Source: an uncultured Actinomycetes bacterium (GTDB lineage: Bacteria; Actinomycetota; Thermoleophilia; UBA2241). Taken from it: a stretch of 64,000 bases of DNA. The stretch lies in contig CAVYCN010000006.1 in assembly GCA_963767005.1 (NCBI GenBank), forward strand, positions 128,001 through 192,000, in the 5' to 3' direction. Below, piece after piece: positions 11,843 to 23,731 of the stretch. Under the pieces are notes generated by a model that made no database searches, had not been told where the DNA came from, and saw nothing but the letters and a program-made list of their open reading frames with translations. The translations under genes and the position numbers were made by a program. Every line of letters begins with the position of its first letter. The stretch's first letter is position 1.

Positions 11843-12980
11843 GTGGGCGTGTCTGGGGCGGTCGCCGGGCCGACGATCGTCTGCGGCCCGAGACGCGCGT
11901 CGGCCTTGACCACGGCGCCCTCGGCGACGTCGCTGCCGTCGCCGATCACCGCGCCCTGGTGCACCACGGCGTCGTCGCCGATCGCGACGTCGCGCCCCAC
12001 GATGCTGCCGGCCAGTGACGCCCGGCGGCCGGTCGCGGTGCCGTTCCAGTGGATCACGCCTTCGAGCACGGCGCCGTGGCCGATCGTGCAGCGGTCGCCG
12101 ATCACGAGCGGGCCGACGAGACGCGCGCCCGCGGCCACTCGGCAGCCGTCGCCGATCAGTACGGGCGGCACGATCTCGACGTCGTCGGCCACCTCGCTGC
12201 CCTCGCCGACCCACACGCCGAGGCGCAGCTCGCGGCCCGGCACGGTGACGGCGACGCGCCCGGCCAGGGCATCGAAGTTGCCGCGCCGGTACTCGCGCAG
12301 GCTGCCGACGTCGTTCCAGTACGTCTCGAGCGGCCACACGAAGAACGGCAGCCCGGCGGCGAGCAGCGCCGGGAACACGTCTTTGGCGTAGTCGCAGAAG
12401 CGCCCCGCCGGGATGAAGTCGAAGATCGCCGGCTCGAACGCATAGATACCGCAGTTGCACAGATGCGAGAGGGCCTCGGCCTTGGACGGCTTCTCCTGGA
12501 AGCCCGTCACGCGGCGCTGCTCGTCGTGCACGACGACGCCGTAGTGCGACGGGTCGTCGACCTCTTTGACGGCGATCGTGGCGATGCCGCCGTGGGCGCG
12601 ATGAGCCGCTACGAAGGCCGAGATGTCGACGTCGGTGAGGGCGTCGCCGCTCACCACGACGAAGGTGCCGTCGGCGAGCAGGCGGCGAAAGCCGCCGGTA
12701 CCGCCGGCCGTGCCCATGAGCGTCTCTTCGAACCGGTAATGGGCCTTCAGGCCGAACGAACGCCCGTCGCCGAAGTAGCCGCGGATGTCGTCGGCGTAGT
12801 GGTGCAGGTTGACGCAGACCTCGGTCACGCCGTGGCGCGCCAGCAGGCGCAGGATGTGCTCGAGCACCGGCCGGTTGACGATCGGCGCCATCGGCTTGGC
12901 GGTGCGGTCGGTGAGCGGCGCCAGGCGCGTGCCCAGGCCGGCCGCCATGATGTGCGCGCGAGGCGCGCCGTCGCGCGTGG

Positions 12981-12993
<13 letters not shown>
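11839..12993 (-). CDS. NDP-sugar pyrophosphorylase (mannose-1-phosphate guanylyltransferase-like)
   Basis: AAGLGTRL.PLT...KPM, GTAG, FQEKP, YWNDVG and a C-terminal hexapeptide repeat domain. Confidence 0.92.
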
Positions 12994-15950
<2,957 letters not shown>

Positions 15951-15973
15951 CGCGGCCTGAGCGCGCCGCGCCG

Positions 15974-17077
15974 TCAGGACGCCGGCGCGCCGGCCGCGCC
16001 GGCGAGCCGCGCCTTGAAGTCTTCGATCGCCGTGACGGGCGCCGGGTCGACGCCGTAGAGCACGGCCAGGTACAGCGACGCGAAGTCGCCCACGTAGGCG
16101 CTCGACAGCACGCGCGCAAGCGGCAGCACGCCACGCGCGGCGACACGCACCACGCCGGCGACCGACCGCCCCGCGACCGCCGCGGTGAAGGTCAGGCGCC
16201 GCCGCAGGCGCTCGTCGCCGGCGGGGTCGTCGAGCAGCACCAGCACGACGCTGCCGGCGACCGCCTGGTTGGTGGCAAATCCGGCGATCTCGTTGTGGTC
16301 GAGCTCGGGCAGCTCGTTGAAGAAGGCGGGCGTCTTGGCGTTCTCGTTCAACTGGCCCTTCCAGCGGCGCGCCGCCGGCGCCGTGACGCCGGCGCCGTAG
16401 ACCACCGGCAGGCGGCCGAGCAGGCGGCGCGCCACGCGCTTGGCCTCGTTGTCGGCCTCATCGACGTCGGGGACGAGGCCGGCCGCGAGGTCGGCCGTGA
16501 CCTCGATCGCCTCGGCGACCTGCTCGTCGAAGCCCGGCGCGAGGCCGGCGGCCTCGAGGCAGGCCCCGACCGGCGTCGCCAGGTAGCCGATCGAGGCGCG
16601 CGGCTGCAGGCCGGCGGGCACGCTCACGAGCGGCAGGCCGTGCTGGGCCGCAAGCTCGGCGAGGCGGCCGCCGGCCGCCACGCAGACCGGGTGGCAGCCG
16701 CGCGGCAGCGCGCGCGCCACGCAGGCCAGGGTCTCCTCGGTGTTGCCGGAGTAGCTCACCGCGACGACGAGCGTGCGCTCGGTGACCCAGGCGGGCAGCT
16801 CGTAGCCGCGCACCACCTGGTAGGGCACCGGCAGGGTCAGACAGGCGCCGACCACGTCGGCGCCGATCGCCGAGCCGCCCATGCCGCAGACCACGACGCC
16901 GTCGGGCGTCGCGGCCGGCAGCTTGCCGGTGAGCGCCGCCACGGCCCGCGTGTAGCCGGCCTCGAGCTGCCGCGGCAGGCTCACGACGGCGGCGACCTGG
17001 TCGCCGACATCGACCGCGGCGACGCGCGCCAGGCTCAGCTCCAGGCCGTCCGCGCCGCCGTCGATGCCGGTGCTCAC
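15974..17077 (-). CDS. bifunctional phosphoglucose/phosphomannose isomerase
   Basis: GMGGSAIG, SYSGNTEET, QPRAS, RWKGQLNENAK, PELDHNEI. Confidence 0.95.
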   Translation of the reverse strand: MSTGIDGGADGLELSLARVAAVDVGDQVAAVVSLPRQLEAGYTRAVAALTGKLPAATPDGVVVCGMGGSAIGADVVGACLTLPVPYQVVRGYELPAWVTERTLVVAVSYSGNTEETLACVARALPRGCHPVCVAAGGRLAELAAQHGLPLVSVPAGLQPRASIGYLATPVGACLEAAGLAPGFDEQVAEAIEVTADLAAGLVPDVDEADNEAKRVARRLLGRLPVVYGAGVTAPAARRWKGQLNENAKTPAFFNELPELDHNEIAGFATNQAVAGSVVLVLLDDPAGDERLRRRLTFTAAVAGRSVAGVVRVAARGVLPLARVLSSAYVGDFASLYLAVLYGVDPAPVTAIEDFKARLAGAAGAPAS

Positions 17078-18426
17078 GCGGCCCCCTGCCTGATCACAGC
17101 GAGCACGAGGTCGCGCTTGTCCTCCATCTGCGCTTTGCTCGTCGCCCCCAGGTTGAGCCGCAGCAGCGGCTCGGTGTTCGAGGGCCGCACGTTGAAATGC
17201 CAGTCCGGATAGTCGACCGAGACGCCGTCGAGGTGACCGATCTCGCCGTCGGCGAAGCGCTGCTCGATGCGCGCCAGGGCGGCCGCTACGTCGTCGACCC
17301 GCGAGTTGATCTCGCCCGAGATGAAGTAGCGCGAGCGCAGCGGCTCGAGCAGCTCGGCCATGGTCGCCTGCTTGCGGGAGAGCAGGTCGAGGATCAGCAG
17401 CGCCGGGATGAAGCCGGAGTCGGCGTTGTGGTTGACCTGGAAGTAGTAGTGGCCCGAGACCTCGCCGCCGAAGAGCACGGTCTCGCGCCGCATGCGCTGC
17501 TTGAAGAAGGCGTGACCGACGCGGTTCAGGAGCGCGACGCCGCCGTTTGCGACGATCGTGTCGGGCACGGCCCGGCTGGCGCGCAGGTCGTAGAGGATCC
17601 GGGCACCGGGGTGGCTGACGAGGAGCGCCTCGGCGAGCAGCGCCGTGACGAAGTCGCCCGGCACGAAGGCGCCGGTCTCGTCGATGAAGAAGCAGCGGTC
17701 GGCATCGCCGTCCCAGGCGATCCCCAGGTCGGCCTTCTCGGCCGTCACCCGCTCGCGCAGCTCGCGGCTGTTCTCTTCGAGCAGGGGGTTGGGCTCGTGG
17801 TTGGGGAAGCTGCCGTCGACCTCGAAGTAGAGCTCGGTCCGCCTGATGTCGGTCTGGTCGAAGACGAGCGGGGCGAGCTTGCCGGCGGCACCGTTGGCCG
17901 CATCCATGACCACGCGGTAGGGCCGCAGGCTGCGCGCGTCGACCTGCGACAGCAGGTGGCGCACGTAGTCGGGATAGAGGTCGTCGGTGCTCACGTGCGG
18001 CATGCCGGCCGGCGGCACCGGATCGAGCTCGAGCGCGCGGCGCTTGAGCTCGGGGATGCCGGCGTCGCCCGACAGCGGCAGGGCACCCTCGCCGACCAGC
18101 TTCATGCCGTTGTACTGGGGCGGGTTGTGCGAGGCGGTGACGGCGGCGCCGCCGTCGAGGCCGCGGTCGGCCACGCCGAAGTAGAGCATCTCGGTCGGGG
18201 TCATGCCGAAGCTCGTAACGGCCGCGCCGGCCGACTCGGCGCCCACGGCGAAGGCCGCGGCCAGCTCGGGCGACGACAGCCGCGGGTCGTGGGCGACGGC
18301 CAGGCGGCGCGCGCCGAGCTGGGCGGCCAGGGCCGCCCCGATGCGGCGCGCGCCCTCGGCGTCGAGCTCCTGCGGATACAGGCCCCGTATGTCGTAGGCC
18401 TTGAACGCATCGGGCGAGACAGTCAT
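17074..18426 (-). CDS. manB: phosphomannomutase/phosphoglucomutase
   Basis: FKAYDIRG, TASHNP, DGDADR, GEVSGHYY, RPSNTEP. Confidence 0.95.
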   Translation of the reverse strand: MTVSPDAFKAYDIRGLYPQELDAEGARRIGAALAAQLGARRLAVAHDPRLSSPELAAAFAVGAESAGAAVTSFGMTPTEMLYFGVADRGLDGGAAVTASHNPPQYNGMKLVGEGALPLSGDAGIPELKRRALELDPVPPAGMPHVSTDDLYPDYVRHLLSQVDARSLRPYRVVMDAANGAAGKLAPLVFDQTDIRRTELYFEVDGSFPNHEPNPLLEENSRELRERVTAEKADLGIAWDGDADRCFFIDETGAFVPGDFVTALLAEALLVSHPGARILYDLRASRAVPDTIVANGGVALLNRVGHAFFKQRMRRETVLFGGEVSGHYYFQVNHNADSGFIPALLILDLLSRKQATMAELLEPLRSRYFISGEINSRVDDVAAALARIEQRFADGEIGHLDGVSVDYPDWHFNVRPSNTEPLLRLNLGATSKAQMEDKRDLVLAVIRQGAA

Positions 18427-19586
18427 CGGCCCTCCACCCCGTCGAATTCGCGGAACGTCACGGCGCCGTCGGCCAGCACCGTGTCGGGAAACAGGCTGCA
18501 GCCGTTGGCGATCACATTGTCGGCCCCGATGCGACAACCCTCACCGATCACGGCGTTCACGACGTGCGTGTCGGCGCCCAGCGAGGCGCCGCTCACTACG
18601 ATGCTGCGCTCGACCGTGCAGCGCGCGCCGACCGCGACGCTGTCCTGCACGACCGACTCGCGCACCTCGGCGCCCGCAGCCAGCGTGCAGCCGGCGCCCA
18701 CCACGGCGAGCGGCCCGACGCGGCTGCCGGGGGCGAGGGTCGTGCCGGCCCCGACGTGCGCCGGCGGCACGACCCTCGCCCCCGGCGCGACGACCGCGTC
18801 GGGCGCCACGTACAGATACGACGAGCCCACGTCGCTCGCCACGCTCGTCGCGATCGTGCTCTGCAGCAGGTCGAAGTGGGCCTGCAGGTAGCTGTCGGGC
18901 GTGCCGATGTCGCGCCAGTAGGCGTCGGACACGAAGGCGTAGAGCCGCCCTTCGGCAGCGAGCTGCGGGAACACGCCGCGCTCGATCGAGACCTGCTGTC
19001 CGGGCGGGATCAGGTCGAGGACGTCGGCCTCGAGCAGGTAGACGCCGGCGTTGATCAGCGCGCCGTGCGGCGGGATCCGGTAGTCGGCGCCGGGCTTTTC
19101 GACGAACGCCTCGACGCGACCCCGGTCGTCGATCTCGACGAGGCCGTACCGGCGCGGGTCGTCGACCCTGGTGAGCAGGATGGTGGCACGCGCGTCGCGC
19201 TCCCTGTGGAACGTCTGCATGGCGGTCAGGTCGACGTCGGTCAGGACGTCGCCGTTGAAGGCGAAGAGGCTGCCGCCGTCGAGCTCGGCCTCGGCGTTCT
19301 TGATGGCGCCGGCGGTGCCGAGCGGCTGCTGCTCGATGACGTAGCTCACGGCCAGGCCGTAGTGACGACCGTCGCCGATCGCGCCGCGCAGCGCGTCGGC
19401 GAGGTAGCCCGCCGAGAAGACCGCGCGACTCACGGAGTGGCGCGCGAGGTTCTCGAGGATGTAGCCCACGAACGGCCGCCCGACGAGCGGCACGACCGGC
19501 TTGGGCACGCGCGAGGTGATCGGCCGCAGCCGCGTGCCCTCACCGCCGACCAGGACCACCGCCTGAGCGCACGATGTGCCGGCCAT
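18423..19586 (-). CDS. NDP-sugar synthase / mannose-1-phosphate guanylyltransferase
   Basis: LVGGEGTRLRPIT..VPKP, PLGTAGAI, FVEKP, YWRDIGTP, hexapeptide C-terminus. Confidence 0.93.
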   Translation of the reverse strand: MAGTSCAQAVVLVGGEGTRLRPITSRVPKPVVPLVGRPFVGYILENLARHSVSRAVFSAGYLADALRGAIGDGRHYGLAVSYVIEQQPLGTAGAIKNAEAELDGGSLFAFNGDVLTDVDLTAMQTFHRERDARATILLTRVDDPRRYGLVEIDDRGRVEAFVEKPGADYRIPPHGALINAGVYLLEADVLDLIPPGQQVSIERGVFPQLAAEGRLYAFVSDAYWRDIGTPDSYLQAHFDLLQSTIATSVASDVGSSYLYVAPDAVVAPGARVVPPAHVGAGTTLAPGSRVGPLAVVGAGCTLAAGAEVRESVVQDSVAVGARCTVERSIVVSGASLGADTHVVNAVIGEGCRIGADNVIANGCSLFPDTVLADGAVTFREFDGVEGR

Positions 19587-19590
19587 CCGC

Positions 19591-20928
19591 CTACCTGACG
19601 TCGTCGGACGCGACGGGCTCGCCCGTGGCCTGATCGGCCGTGCCGATGCCCGTGAACACGAGACCGGCGGCGGCGACCCGCGCGGCGTCGAGCACGTTGC
19701 GGCCGTCGATCACGTGGCGGCCGCGCATGCGCTCGCGCACGGCCGGCCAGTCGAGCGCGACGAGCTCGGGCCACTCGGTCACGAGCACGGCGGCGTCGGC
19801 GCCCTCGAGCGCTTCGAGCGCCGTCGTTGCGATCTCGATGCCGGGGAACAGGTCGTCGTGCGTGCCGGGCGGCACCATGGGGTCGTAGGCCGACACGCGC
19901 GCGCCCTCGTCGCGCAGCCGCGCGGCCAGCACGATCGAGGCGGCCTCGCGCATGTCGTCGGTGTGCGGCTTGAAGGTGAGGCCGAGGAGGGCGATGTGGC
20001 GGCCGCGCAGCGCCCCGAGGCGCTCCTTGAGCTTGCCCACCACACGGCGCTTCTGCAGGTGGTTGACCTCGATCACGGCGTTCAGGAGCTGGAAGTGGTA
20101 ACCCGAGTTGCCGGCGAGCTGCTTGAGCGCCTGCACGTCCTTGGGAAAGCACGAGCCGCCGTAGCCGATGCCGGCCTGCAGGAAGTGGGGTCCGATGCGG
20201 TGGTCGAGGCCCATGCCGTCGGCCACGGCGCGCACGTCGGCGCCGACCGCCTCGCAGACGTTGGCGATCTCGTTGATGAACGAGATCTTGGTGGCGAGGA
20301 ACGCGTTCGAGGCGTACTTGATCATCTCGGCGGTGGGCACCGTGGTGCGCACCACCGTCGTCTCGATGGCAGAGAAGAGGGCGGCGACCTCGTCGCCGTC
20401 GGCCGCGCGGTAGGCGCCGATCACGATGCGGTCGGGGTGCAGCACGTCGTCGACCGCGGCGCCCTCGCGCAGGAACTCGGGGTTGGAGACATAGCCGACG
20501 CCGGCGGCGCCGGCGGCTTCGAGCTCGGCGGTGATGCGGTCGCCCGTGCCGACCGGCACCGTGCTCTTCATGACGAGCAGGCGCTCGCCGTCGTGACGGG
20601 CGATCTCGCGCACGACGCTCCGCACGCGCGACAGGTCGGCGTCGCCGCTCGGCGACGGCGGCGTGTCGACCGCGACGAACAGCACGCGCGCCTCGCGACA
20701 GAGCTCGTCGTAGGACGTCGTGAACGAGAGGCGCTCGGCGGCGCCGGCCATGAGCTGCTCGAGCCCGGGCTCGTAGATCGGCACACCGCCGCCCTTGAGC
20801 GCCGCGACCTTGGCCTCGTCGACGTCGAGACAGACGACGCGGTGGCCGAGGTGCGCGATGCACACGGCGGTCACCAGGCCGACGTACCCGACACCGATGA
20901 CCCCGACGGGTCGCTCTGTCTGAGGCAC
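19591..20928 (-). CDS. ugd: UDP-glucose/GDP-mannose 6-dehydrogenase
   Basis: GVGYVG, KSTVPVGT, SNPEFLREG, KYASNAFLATKISFINE, GYGGSCFPKD, FKPHTDDMR. Confidence 0.96.
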   Translation of the reverse strand: MPQTERPVGVIGVGYVGLVTAVCIAHLGHRVVCLDVDEAKVAALKGGGVPIYEPGLEQLMAGAAERLSFTTSYDELCREARVLFVAVDTPPSPSGDADLSRVRSVVREIARHDGERLLVMKSTVPVGTGDRITAELEAAGAAGVGYVSNPEFLREGAAVDDVLHPDRIVIGAYRAADGDEVAALFSAIETTVVRTTVPTAEMIKYASNAFLATKISFINEIANVCEAVGADVRAVADGMGLDHRIGPHFLQAGIGYGGSCFPKDVQALKQLAGNSGYHFQLLNAVIEVNHLQKRRVVGKLKERLGALRGRHIALLGLTFKPHTDDMREAASIVLAARLRDEGARVSAYDPMVPPGTHDDLFPGIEIATTALEALEGADAAVLVTEWPELVALDWPAVRERMRGRHVIDGRNVLDAARVAAAGLVFTGIGTADQATGEPVASDDVR

Positions 20929-21071
20929 GGTCCTCCCTGCTCGCTCGCGCTGGCGGGCGCCTACTCCACCGATCGACTCCGTCGTCGGCCCTCAGCCTGG
21001 CGCGCCTCCGGAGCGCGGCTAGTCTACCATAGGGCCCGGAGCCTGAAGCCATGCGGGCCAGGCGCGCCGGC

Positions 21072-23117
21072 CTACGGGTTGGCGGTCGGCGCGAGGGCCG
21101 TGTCGAGCGCGCTGCGCGAGTCGTCGTCGAAGCGGTCGAGGGCCAGGGCGCGGCGCAGCGAGACTGCGGCCTGGGCGCGCTGCCCGAACACGTTGAGCTG
21201 CATCACGCCGAGCTCGTACCAGGTGGCGTAGTTGCGCGGCTGCAGGTGGGCGGCGCGATCGAGCGTCGCCAGGGCCGCGCCCGCCCGGCCCTGCTGCTGC
21301 TCGACCTGGGCGAGCGTGAAGAGCGGGTCGACCGCCAGCGGGTCGAGGTGGTGGGCCCGGTCCGCCTGGGTCGCGGCCGCCGCCAGGCGGCCGCGACCGG
21401 CCAGCGCGACGGCCTGCGACAGGGCGCGCTGCGACAGCCAGGGCGCGAGAAAGCTGAGCCCGACGAGCACGACGACGCCGGTCGCGAAGGCGCGCGAGGC
21501 CGCGCCGAACGGCAAGCCGGCGCGGTCCGGGGCCGGCGGCCGCCGTCCCCGGACGTAGGCCGCGGCCACGCAGACGAACAGCAGGAACAGCAGGGCGGCG
21601 GCGGCCATGTCCCAGTCCCAGTCGATCGTCATGTGGACGACGAAGGCGAGCGCCGCCGCCTGCAGCGCGGCGAGCAGGCCGCGGTCTGCGTCGCGGGCGG
21701 CGCGGCCGACCGGCCGCAGGGCACCGAGCAGCAGGCCGCCCAGCGCGATCACGAAGAGCGCAAGCCCCACGGCCCCGAGCTCGCTCAGAACGTTGATCCA
21801 CTGGTCGTGGGCGTGCTTGACGATGTACGAGGCGTCGGGCCGGTACAGGAAGTTCGTGAAGCGGAACGTGCCGGCGCCGGTGCCGGCCAGCGGGTGGTGG
21901 GTGAAGCTGCGCAGGCCCTCGCGCGCCATCGGGATGCGACCGTTGTTGCCCAGCGAGAGCAGCCGGCCGGCGCTGCTCGAGCCGAGACTCCCGCTCTCAT
22001 CCGACGACGAGAACTGGCGGGCGACGCGGTGCCCGATGCCGCCGAAGCCACCGTTGCGGGCGGCGTAGGCGGACAGGCCGACGGCGCCGGCCGCGACCAC
22101 CGCGACGAGCACGACGGCGCCCACCGCCAGGCGCCGGCGACCGGCGAGCCGGACGCGCCGGGTGAGCACGGCGGCGGCGGCCTGGGCGGCGATCGTCACG
22201 GCGACCGCGACGATCAGCGTGCGGCCGAAGGCGTGGCCCTGGGCGGTGCGCAGGGCGTCGTCGGTCGTCGCGTTGAAGAGCGTGTGCAGGTGCCGGGCAT
22301 GCGCCAGGGCCGCCGCCACCGGCGCGGCCGCGAGCGCCAGGCTGAGGACGCCCTGCAAGCGTTCGTTGGTGAGCGCGAAGTACACGGCGAGGGCCAGGAC
22401 CAGGGCCAGCGTGCCGCCCCGCGAGAACGTGAAGAAGAGGGTGCACAGGAAGAGGGCCAGAGCGCCGGCGCAGGCGCCTCGCGCCGCGGCCGGCAGGCCG
22501 CGGCGCGAGGCGCCCTCGAGCGCCGGCAGCGCGGCCATCATCATCATCACGGCGAGCACGTTCCAGTAGCCCACGGGAGCACTCAGGCGAGCGTAGAGGT
22601 GGGCGTGCGTAACCAGGTCGGGCAACACTTTTCCGAGGAGCGCGTAGACGGCCACAGGGGTCATCGCCGCCACCGCGCCGTAGCCGGCCAGGCGGAGCTG
22701 CGCGGGGCCCGCCGGCGTAGCGCCCAGCACGCAGGCGGCGATCAGGTAGAGCACGGTGACGTCGAAGGCCAGCCACGACAGGTCGGGCCCCACCGACCAC
22801 GCGATCGACAGGCCCTCCCAGAGGGTGAACAGGGCGAAGGCCGAGAGGCCGGTCAGGACCGGTCCGCCCAGCCTGAGGCGGCGCGGCGCGAGCCAGACGC
22901 ACACGACGATCATCGGCAAAACGACGAATACGACCGGCGCCGTTCGGGAAAACACATAGCCGCCTGAGAGGAACGACAGCGCGGCGACCACGACCAGGGC
23001 CACCGCGGCCGGCAGGCAGCGCAGCACCCGCGACCGAAGGCTTGACACGGCGGCGTCGCGGGGCTCGCGTACGGCCGCGGGCGGGCCGCTCGGGGTGGCT
23101 GCGGGAAGCTCCTCCAC
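21072..23117 (-). CDS. O-antigen ligase (Wzy_C) family membrane protein with C-terminal TPR
   Basis: Many TM helices, TFSRGG, HPLAGTGAGTF...HAHDQWINVLSELG motif, TPR-like tail. Confidence 0.88.
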   Translation of the reverse strand: MEELPAATPSGPPAAVREPRDAAVSSLRSRVLRCLPAAVALVVVAALSFLSGGYVFSRTAPVVFVVLPMIVVCVWLAPRRLRLGGPVLTGLSAFALFTLWEGLSIAWSVGPDLSWLAFDVTVLYLIAACVLGATPAGPAQLRLAGYGAVAAMTPVAVYALLGKVLPDLVTHAHLYARLSAPVGYWNVLAVMMMMAALPALEGASRRGLPAAARGACAGALALFLCTLFFTFSRGGTLALVLALAVYFALTNERLQGVLSLALAAAPVAAALAHARHLHTLFNATTDDALRTAQGHAFGRTLIVAVAVTIAAQAAAAVLTRRVRLAGRRRLAVGAVVLVAVVAAGAVGLSAYAARNGGFGGIGHRVARQFSSSDESGSLGSSSAGRLLSLGNNGRIPMAREGLRSFTHHPLAGTGAGTFRFTNFLYRPDASYIVKHAHDQWINVLSELGAVGLALFVIALGGLLLGALRPVGRAARDADRGLLAALQAAALAFVVHMTIDWDWDMAAAALLFLLFVCVAAAYVRGRRPPAPDRAGLPFGAASRAFATGVVVLVGLSFLAPWLSQRALSQAVALAGRGRLAAAATQADRAHHLDPLAVDPLFTLAQVEQQQGRAGAALATLDRAAHLQPRNYATWYELGVMQLNVFGQRAQAAVSLRRALALDRFDDDSRSALDTALAPTANP

Positions 23118-23129
23118 GGCTGCATTATA
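23118..23129 (-). promoter_or_regulatory. -10 box for a probably leaderless transcript
   Basis: Minus strand TATAAT (23129-23124) lies 6 nt before GTG 23117, with no SD. Confidence 0.65.
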
Positions 23130-23250
23130 CGGTCTCGAGTGATCGGCCGAACGGCGGGCGAAGGGCCGGCCGCCGTGGCAATCGTCCGAAGTGCATGGTA
23201 TCGTGCTCGGACAAGCGCAGTGGACCGGCCCGCACTTTGGAGGGGGTCAC

Positions 23251-23625
23251 ATGAAGACCAGAGTCCTGACCGTCGCAGTCCTCACGGTCATCGCGATGCT
23301 CATGCTCGTCAGCGTCGCGCAGGCCGTGTCGTCTACGACCACGGCGATCATCAAGGATGCCCAGGACGGGCATCTCGACGGCAACTACACGGCGGCTCAG
23401 GTGCAGGCGGCTCTCAACTACCTGAAGAGCGACCCCTCGCTCCTGATGTACTCCAACGTCGAGGGCGTCCTCACCGACTTCCTGTCGAGCCAGGGCGCGC
23501 CGGCCGCGCAGAACGGCGGCCTCATGTTCACGGGCGGCTCGACCATCGTGGTCTTCGCCTGCGGCCTCGCGCTCATGGGCGGCGGATTGCTGTTACGCAG
23601 GCGACTCGCGGCGAGCGCCTCCTAG
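23251..23625 (+). CDS. small secreted protein with LPXTG-like (LMFTG) cell-wall sorting signal
   Basis: GGAGG RBS; signal peptide ending AQA; C-terminal LMFTG, hydrophobic helix and RRR tail. Confidence 0.8.
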   Translation: MKTRVLTVAVLTVIAMLMLVSVAQAVSSTTTAIIKDAQDGHLDGNYTAAQVQAALNYLKSDPSLLMYSNVEGVLTDFLSSQGAPAAQNGGLMFTGGSTIVVFACGLALMGGGLLLRRRLAASAS

Positions 23626-23731
23626 CGCGGCAAGCTCACATCACCGCAGTACCACGGGCGCCCCGGCAACGAGGCGCCCGTCGTCTGTCCGGGACCGTGT
23701 CAGCGACGACGGCCGCGCGAGGGCCCGCCGC

